The translations under genes were made by a program, and so were the position numbers. This document shows positions 57,745 to 64,000 of a stretch of DNA of 64,000 bases, piece by piece; within the stretch, counting starts at the first letter, position 1; the number at the start of each line of letters is the position of its first letter. The DNA is taken from NCBI GenBank assembly GCA_964291315.2, contig OZ219753.1, positions 2,304,001 to 2,368,000 on the forward strand, in the 5' to 3' direction. The notes below the pieces were generated by a model that saw only the letters and a program-made list of their open reading frames with translations, searched no databases and was not told the DNA's origin. The stretch is from Candidatus Poribacteria bacterium (GTDB lineage: Bacteria > Poribacteria > WGA-4E > WGA-3G).

Positions 57745-60252
57745 CTACCTTAAGACCGCTAAGCGTCCGAGGGTTTGCGTTATCTGCTCTCCAGCGGCGG
57801 CCCGTATCTTGTAAAAATAGACCCCGTTGGCGAGTAGGACCCCATCAGCATCTCGAGCGTCCCAAAGGACCTCGTTGTAGCCTTCGTTTCCGGACACTTC
57901 GTTCAGAGCATTTACTACTCGGCCTGATGTAGCGTAGATAAGGATAGAGACCTCATCTGCATCCAGCGATAACTGATACGTAAACGTTGTTCCGCGCTTT
58001 AAGGGGTTAGGATAGTTGTGAACGTCCCAGATTCTGAAGGGAACCTCCTCCGGTGAGAAGTTCACATCGTATTTTCGAAGCGTCTGATAGTCGAAACTCG
58101 TCAACCAGGCAACTTCTGCGTTTAAGGTGCTTAGCAGCTCGGCTTCGATCGTCCGATGTGAGTATCCAAAGAGCGGGACAAACTCCTCTATCGCTTTTAT
58201 ATGGGGTTGTATAGACTTGGAAAACTCTGTAGCGCTCGTAAGTTTTGCGCGGATGGCTTCTTCTGTGCCGGGCTTGTAGCCGAGGATTATTGCATCTACC
58301 AATTTAGCGCGACTTTCAAAAAAGACCGTCCACAACGTCATTAAGTGGACAGCATCGTGCAGATCCTCGGCTGCTTCTGAGTCAAAAGGTTCTGCAATTT
58401 CGCTTGCGGCCCGTATCTCGTTTGCGGCTTGTTGTTGCGGCGCCAGAAGCGCGGTGAACCGATTCGCTGCGACTTTTGCAATCTCCAATTCGGGAACGGC
58501 TAAGGTATCCGCAACGACACGCGGTCCGATCAGGTTCCAAAATCGAGTTGCGAGTCCTGCTGAGCCGCTGCCGTAGGTACCACCGATGGTCAAAGATCCG
58601 GCGTAATCCGAGAAATAACTGGCCATGTTCCATCCATTGACCCGTAGGGCGTTCAGAATATGCGGTGCCGCTTCGCTGCCATAACGGGCTATTAACTCAT
58701 TTTTCAACAGCTGAAAATGGTCGAGCTCAATGTGCCAATTCAGGCGGGCGCTAACAAGGCGGTCAAGGTACCCGAGACCTTGTGTGGCACCTTGAACAGT
58801 AAACCCACTTAAACCAACAACATCCGGATTACTGGCAAGTTGCCGCACACCTTGCACGAAAAGATCGCTTTCCAACATCCAGAGCGGCATCACTTCTTCC
58901 ACTTCATGGGAGAGAATTATGAAGCGGTGCCCCATTTCACCGAGTGCTCTAATCTGGGGGATAGGGATGCCTGCATCGGCAACTGGTTCCCCGTCCGCCC
59001 CCCACTTCCGCGAAAAAATTGTACCTTTTGGCAGCCGGCGCGCATAAGCCCCGGCTGCGTCCTTAAGCCAGCTGCTATCGTAACCGGAGATGTAGAATTT
59101 GAAGTCCGGGCGCACCTGCCTCGCAGCGTTGATAATTGTGAAATACACCTCCCAGAGCTTTTTCTGTCCCGCTTCCGTCCTATCGCCACAATCAGGACAG
59201 TTGCATGCACGCGTCTCATGTCCCCAAGAACGCAGATGGAAACCGCCAAGCGCGGGGTAGGTACGCACAATCGCCTGAATGAGCTCCGTTACAAGTGTAT
59301 GAAACTCAAGTTTCGACCAGCAGAACGGACGGTAGAAGGTCTCGTTGCGAGACGCACCGTAAGCCACCGAGGGGCCTAAGAGCTGAGGACGTTGTTGAAT
59401 TAACGCCTCTGTCGGTTCCCCTGTCACATACATAAAGAGATAGGCATCAATCCCACGCCGTTTGAGCGCATTAAACCTATTTTGTAGCTCTGCAATCCGT
59501 TCTCGTCGCTGTGCTATTGGTTCGTCTTGCAGCCCTTCAAATGCGGGGGTGTCAATATACTTGAACGCTGTTCCGAGTCCGTCTTCAATACCGGTGCCGG
59601 TCCAGACCCCTTCGCCTCCGCTCATGTTGACACGGTGGCGCGCGAGCCAATCCGGGTCTTCTATCTCTAACACAGCGCGCACGGGATAAAACGGGCTTGA
59701 TATGTCGTCCATAAACGGGACGAACAACGCCTCCTTCTTAGCAACTGCTACCTCTGGATGCACAGGCGTTAAACCGCTTAAAGCCGTGATACAGTTTTCA
59801 ATAAAGCCGTATGCCCCATAGATAACCCCTCTGCCCGTATGCGCAGCGACAGCGATAATAATTTCGGCACCGATCGCTATCGTTTTGATACGATACCCCT
59901 CATTCCCGAGTTCGTCTCCCAATGAAAATCCTGTTTCTGACTGGAGTCCCGCGATTGTCGGATTCGACTCTGGAGTGCCTAATACAATTACAGTCGATGT
60001 CTCTGTCTGTTCCCGATTGGTACGGATGTCGAGTTGGGCCCCGGTGAATTGTTGAATGAAAGTCTGTATCTCTTCGGCTGCGAATGCTTCTTGCGGTGAT
60101 GCATTTACCCCGATTTGCAGCGTCGCCCTCGGTTCTTCGGATACCACGATCGGGATTTCGTTACTCTTTGACGGGGCAGCAAGCATCACAACACAAACCG
60201 CAACAATCAGAACGGAAACGCCTCGTTTGTGTACTGTTTTCCTTAGAGACAT
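57745..60252 (-). CDS. Secreted glycoside hydrolase-like protein with a C-terminal T9SS-like/FlgD Ig domain
   Basis: Signal peptide, GH20/GH67-type N-domain (FAAEEIQ, EGYRI, GVIYGAY), C-terminal NYPNP...WDARDADG...NGVYFY. Confidence 0.65.
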   Translation of the reverse strand: MSLRKTVHKRGVSVLIVAVCVVMLAAPSKSNEIPIVVSEEPRATLQIGVNASPQEAFAAEEIQTFIQQFTGAQLDIRTNREQTETSTVIVLGTPESNPTIAGLQSETGFSLGDELGNEGYRIKTIAIGAEIIIAVAAHTGRGVIYGAYGFIENCITALSGLTPVHPEVAVAKKEALFVPFMDDISSPFYPVRAVLEIEDPDWLARHRVNMSGGEGVWTGTGIEDGLGTAFKYIDTPAFEGLQDEPIAQRRERIAELQNRFNALKRRGIDAYLFMYVTGEPTEALIQQRPQLLGPSVAYGASRNETFYRPFCWSKLEFHTLVTELIQAIVRTYPALGGFHLRSWGHETRACNCPDCGDRTEAGQKKLWEVYFTIINAARQVRPDFKFYISGYDSSWLKDAAGAYARRLPKGTIFSRKWGADGEPVADAGIPIPQIRALGEMGHRFIILSHEVEEVMPLWMLESDLFVQGVRQLASNPDVVGLSGFTVQGATQGLGYLDRLVSARLNWHIELDHFQLLKNELIARYGSEAAPHILNALRVNGWNMASYFSDYAGSLTIGGTYGSGSAGLATRFWNLIGPRVVADTLAVPELEIAKVAANRFTALLAPQQQAANEIRAASEIAEPFDSEAAEDLHDAVHLMTLWTVFFESRAKLVDAIILGYKPGTEEAIRAKLTSATEFSKSIQPHIKAIEEFVPLFGYSHRTIEAELLSTLNAEVAWLTSFDYQTLRKYDVNFSPEEVPFRIWDVHNYPNPLKRGTTFTYQLSLDADEVSILIYATSGRVVNALNEVSGNEGYNEVLWDARDADGVLLANGVYFYKIRAAAGEQITQTLGRLAVLR

Positions 60253-60279
60253 CAGCTGTTTTATCCTCGTTAGCGCGTT

Positions 60280-61017
60280 TTAATGAACATGTTTACCCTC
60301 GGATGCTTGTAAAAAGTAGATCGCGCAGAACGTCAGAGCGAAACCGATGACAAACAGGAGCTTTGCAGTACGACTCACATGAACGTTCCCGGTAGGATAA
60401 CGTCCCCGGAACCCCTCCATTACGACATGCAGAAGAGTCCCTACCGCAAATGCTGTGAGGTAGTGTATCAGCTCCGCAAAATATCCGCGGAGCAGCTGTT
60501 CCCCGAGTAGCACACCGATCACCGGCCCAACTATCAGCGGTATCAATCGCCCCAGGGCGCTGCCAAAAGCGAGGTTCCGGAGAAGCACTGCAGTGATAAA
60601 CGTCCCAACTGGCAAACGATGGATGAGTATACCAAACGCAAGCGCACCGCCAAGCGTCTTCTCTCTTGCGGCGATAACCAGATTGAGACCGTCTGCCAGC
60701 GAGTGGAGCGATAAACCGAGTACTGTTAAGTTGATGCCCCACCTCCTATCCGGGCTCACCTCAGCTTCAGCCTGCCGGTGCGATGCCAAACGTTCTGCTG
60801 CCGAAATTAGGAGGAATCCACCCCACATCACGCCGATTGAAACATATCCTACCTCGATGTAAAGATGTATCATCATAACCAAAACCACTCCAAGCACTGC
60901 TCCAGCAATCAATCCGAAGAAGTTGCCAAAGTGTTTCTGATGGGCTTGCGATACAAAAGCGATGCCTGCACCAAGCGGAACCGTCAACACGGCGATTGCA
61001 AGATAAATTGTAAGCAT
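60280..61017 (-). CDS. ZIP family metal transporter
   Basis: LHSLADG and HRLPVG TM motifs, GTLLHV, about 8 TM segments. Confidence 0.8.
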   Translation of the reverse strand: MLTIYLAIAVLTVPLGAGIAFVSQAHQKHFGNFFGLIAGAVLGVVLVMMIHLYIEVGYVSIGVMWGGFLLISAAERLASHRQAEAEVSPDRRWGINLTVLGLSLHSLADGLNLVIAAREKTLGGALAFGILIHRLPVGTFITAVLLRNLAFGSALGRLIPLIVGPVIGVLLGEQLLRGYFAELIHYLTAFAVGTLLHVVMEGFRGRYPTGNVHVSRTAKLLFVIGFALTFCAIYFLQASEGKHVH

Positions 61018-61297
61018 AGTATAAATATAACAGAATTTGGGTTGAAAGGCAATCTAAATTCAGCAAACCGTATTCGATCAGACGAAGCAGCCCAGAAGAC
61101 CCTGTATCGTTCGCGGGAAAATACAAAATGTTCACGTCTAGAGGGGTTTATCATTCTTTACTTTTATGCTTGCCGTGTTTGTCCATTAATGTTATATTAA
61201 GGTTATGATAAGCCGACAAAAATGCAAATTTGCTGCGAATCGGACCTCAGATAGGACTTTATCCAACTTACTTCTGGTAAAGGAGCTATAAAAATAG

Positions 61298-61741
61298 ATG
61301 AAAATGGTAGATAAAATTTTTGATATACTCATAGGGTTTATGCTCAATCGAGATTTGGAAAGAGAGATGGGAGTTTGCCGTAAATTTTTAAATGGAAGAT
61401 TCGCTGAAATTCCAGCAAAGAGTATTGACAGACTGGTCGATTTTCTGATGGGGGCCCGTTACGCTTACTACTTAGAGATGCGCCGGAATATACTCGAAGG
61501 CGGAGTGGTCGAAGTGCCCTCAAATCTCTTTGATTGGAAAGCACTTGAGCGCGCCAGTACTTATTTGCGTGTCTATATGGAAGAGTTTCACGATCGGTTC
61601 AAGAGAGATTACGAAGGAAATTTCCCCGACGAAGATTTCAAGGATTGGTTTTACCGCTTTCATGTCGAACGTCCACAACGCGAAGCAACAAAAAAATCTG
61701 TTTCTGAGGCGCTGCTTTCTGACGATTTACCAAGAGTCTAA
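61298..61741 (+). CDS. Hypothetical protein
   Basis: 147-aa ORF with AAGGAG SD. Confidence 0.65.
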   Translation: MKMVDKIFDILIGFMLNRDLEREMGVCRKFLNGRFAEIPAKSIDRLVDFLMGARYAYYLEMRRNILEGGVVEVPSNLFDWKALERASTYLRVYMEEFHDRFKRDYEGNFPDEDFKDWFYRFHVERPQREATKKSVSEALLSDDLPRV

Positions 61742-61777
61742 GACTACCGGCACCGGAGCGCCGGGTTTAGAGACAAT

Positions 61778-62518
61778 TCAGACCGGCATGTCGTCATAAG
61801 TGCGCCCGTCTAGCTCCCGTCCGGTTTTCGATTTGCGTTTGCCGCCCCACTGCTTAAAGAAAAACGCCACTTCGGCGTTTGCACACTGGTTCCGGATGTC
61901 TATCACCCATTTTTTCTTCATTTCGCGCGCCCCGGGCCCGGACTCACCTCCCACAATCACCCAATCTATGCCATCTAACTCCAGATTTGGGAGAGCACCA
62001 AGTAGAGGCTCAAGTGAGAGGAATTTAATCTGCGCATCGCTCCGACGGAGAGATTCGATTCGATGGGTTTCGCGATGGTATTCAACACTAACGCCCATCC
62101 AAATGTTCGGTGGCCACGGTAAATTTGGGCTGCATTCCAACAGCCATTGTGCCCGTTTTGTGAGAACTTGGAATTGATGCCAATGCGCCCTTTCCATCAC
62201 AGAAAAGACCTCTTGAATGTAGGCGAATTCAATTTTCTCGTGAAACAGATCGCTCATGGAGTTAACAAAGATTCGGCGCGGCTTCTTCCACTTCAGCGGT
62301 GCGTTAAGCAGCTCCGGCACCGGGCGCACCTCTTTCGTCCACCGCGGTCCTGCCGGCGTATTTTCTGCTAAGCCCTCGTAGGCCATGCCCTTGCCTGAAA
62401 ACCGTGACGCTATCCGCTCGGCATAGCAAAATCGACAGCCCTCTGATACGCGCGTACAGCCGCGCACTGGATTCCACGTGGACTCGGTCCACTCGATTTT
62501 TGAGGATTGAGATGCCAT
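61778..62518 (-). CDS. DUF5131 (phage Gp37/Gp68) family protein, radical-SAM-like three-Cys motif
   Basis: IEWTESTWNP, GCTRVSEGCRFCYA, FVNSMSDLFH, LTKR, EPLLG, WVIVGGESG, FFKQWGG. Confidence 0.92.
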   Translation of the reverse strand: MASQSSKIEWTESTWNPVRGCTRVSEGCRFCYAERIASRFSGKGMAYEGLAENTPAGPRWTKEVRPVPELLNAPLKWKKPRRIFVNSMSDLFHEKIEFAYIQEVFSVMERAHWHQFQVLTKRAQWLLECSPNLPWPPNIWMGVSVEYHRETHRIESLRRSDAQIKFLSLEPLLGALPNLELDGIDWVIVGGESGPGAREMKKKWVIDIRNQCANAEVAFFFKQWGGKRKSKTGRELDGRTYDDMPV

Positions 62519-62596
62519 TGGGATCCCTCGTTATATAGAAAGAGTTACGCGTTAACTACTCTTCTCTTAGACCATTCAACCCATAAAACAGTGAGG

Positions 62597-63673
62597 CTAG
62601 AACTCATAAAGCGCTCGCGCGTTTTCTGCCATAATTTTCCGTTTTAAAGACGGCTCAAGACTTCGAGGGAGCGCCCGCTCCGGCGAATCAAAGTCCCAAT
62701 GCGGATAGTCGGTTGCGAACATCAATTTATCATCTAAGTCGAGCTGTACAAGAAGTTGATCGAAGTAGCCCGGCTTAGGGGGTTCTTCCATCGGTTGCGT
62801 GGTAATCCAGAAATGATCGCGGACGTACTCGGAGGGCAACCGTTTCAGCTCAGGAACCTCACCACGCAGTTTTTTCCACGCCCGATCAAGCCGCCACATG
62901 AGCGGCGGCAGCCAAGCAAACCCACCTTCAATCAGAACAACCTTCAACGTTGGAAATTGTTCAAAAACCCCCTCGCAAACGAGACTGGTTACCTGTGTCT
63001 GAAACGCTTGTGTCATGCCAGCATGGTCTTCGATATAGTGTGAGGGTTTACCGACAGCGGTGATCGGTCCCACCCCGACACCCGTGAAGTGAATGCCGAT
63101 CGGCAGATTATGCTGCACCGCTGCCTCATACATCTGCCAGTACCTCCGTCGCCCCAACGGTTCCATGGTTCGAGCCAGCAGCAATATTTGCACAAATCCG
63201 GTATGCGCTGCAAGCCGATGAATCTCGGCAGTGGTGAATGCTGCATCGTCACAGGCAACGATAATTGAGGCGCGGAGTCTCGGTTCTTTTTCAAGCCACT
63301 CTGCAATTTGCCAGTCGTTCACAGCGCTTGCCCACGCCGCTGCAAACGCAAGGTTAGGCATTTCACAGACAGGGGTGAGACAGTTAAGAATACCGTATTC
63401 TATATCAAATAGATCCAAGAGCTGCTCGCGCAGAAAACCGAGGTCGGATCCGGGGCGCTGTCCAGACGGTGTCCAAGCGTCGTATCTTGCACCAAACGGA
63501 TGCGCGCGCGGCACATATGCCCCGACCCGGTCCGTTGTGCCTACCATGCCGTGATGCTTCCGCCAACGTTCGGAGAGATATGGATACAACACCGTCTCGG
63601 AGGCGAGCGTATTGTGAACGTCACAGTCAATGACACGTGGTTTCTGCTGTTCAAATATCTCCGTTTTCGACAT
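62597..63673 (-). CDS. Amidohydrolase_2 family protein
   Basis: IDCDVH, EGVFEQFP, EGGFAW, FATDYPHWD; GGAGG SD before ATG 63673. Confidence 0.9.
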   Translation of the reverse strand: MSKTEIFEQQKPRVIDCDVHNTLASETVLYPYLSERWRKHHGMVGTTDRVGAYVPRAHPFGARYDAWTPSGQRPGSDLGFLREQLLDLFDIEYGILNCLTPVCEMPNLAFAAAWASAVNDWQIAEWLEKEPRLRASIIVACDDAAFTTAEIHRLAAHTGFVQILLLARTMEPLGRRRYWQMYEAAVQHNLPIGIHFTGVGVGPITAVGKPSHYIEDHAGMTQAFQTQVTSLVCEGVFEQFPTLKVVLIEGGFAWLPPLMWRLDRAWKKLRGEVPELKRLPSEYVRDHFWITTQPMEEPPKPGYFDQLLVQLDLDDKLMFATDYPHWDFDSPERALPRSLEPSLKRKIMAENARALYEF

Positions 63674-63816
63674 TTCTTTCCTCCACTTTAAATGTAGCGC
63701 CCACAGGAGGCACACGCTGTTGGTTTCCCGTGCCACGGACTTTTAGCATAACTTGTCGAATTCCGGTGCCACTTTAGAGGCTCCAAATAATTATCAAGAT
63801 CGCATTACCCATCTCA

Positions 63817-63999
63817 TTATTTTTCAGTTTTCAGGCGTTTTATTTCTGCCAATGCCGCTGCGAGTTCTGCGGCTGCAGCGGCTGCCCTGGCATCGGCATC
63901 TGCTGCCCGTGTTTCTGCGCGTTGTCGTGCCTTTGCCTCTGCTTGTGCGCGGGCATCAGCCTCTTGTCGTGCCTTTGCCTCTGCGGCTGCCCTGGCATC
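63817..63999 (-). CDS. 3' end of a gene with an Ala-rich coiled-coil repeat tail (as seen on Uma2-family endonucleases); partial
   Basis: DARAAAEAKARQEADARAQAEAKARQRAETRAADADARAAAAAAELAAALAEIKRLKTEK*; repeated GCCTTTGCCTCTGC units. Confidence 0.6.
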   Translation of the reverse strand, partial: DARAAAEAKARQEADARAQAEAKARQRAETRAADADARAAAAAAELAAALAEIKRLKTEK

Positions 64000-64000
64000 G

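Overview
A gene-dense bacterial chromosome segment from a diderm organism. The protein families present (DUF4159, DUF6785-type membrane protein, a LamG remnant, T9SS-like/FlgD C-terminal domains, an Ala-rich Uma2-type tail) suggest Candidatus Poribacteria or a similar lineage; this is inference. Housekeeping genes include yebC-ruvA-ruvB-queA-yajC (no ruvC or tgt), maf, purB, pheA-queG and UPF0182. There are many exported or envelope proteins and several sugar-related enzymes. Main observations: (1) a gene missed by the ORF track at 53704-53949, a DUF5069-like protein with an in-frame TGA where homologs carry Cys and a SECIS-like hairpin just downstream, i.e. a candidate selenoprotein; (2) two proteins with a TonB-type SxxxH anchor and Pro-rich linker but a vWA or DUF4159 C-terminal domain, one behind a perfect sigma54 promoter with tandem enhancer-like repeats; (3) a DUF4159 / exported protein / small membrane-anchored CxCC protein arrangement that occurs twice; (4) a two-gene PLD-SNF2 helicase plus adenine methyltransferase defence candidate whose MTase is broken by two homopolymer frameshifts; (5) a CX4CH cytochrome c lipoprotein with a His/Asp tail. 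No rRNA, tRNA, CRISPR array or transposase was seen. All family assignments come from motif recognition, not database searches.
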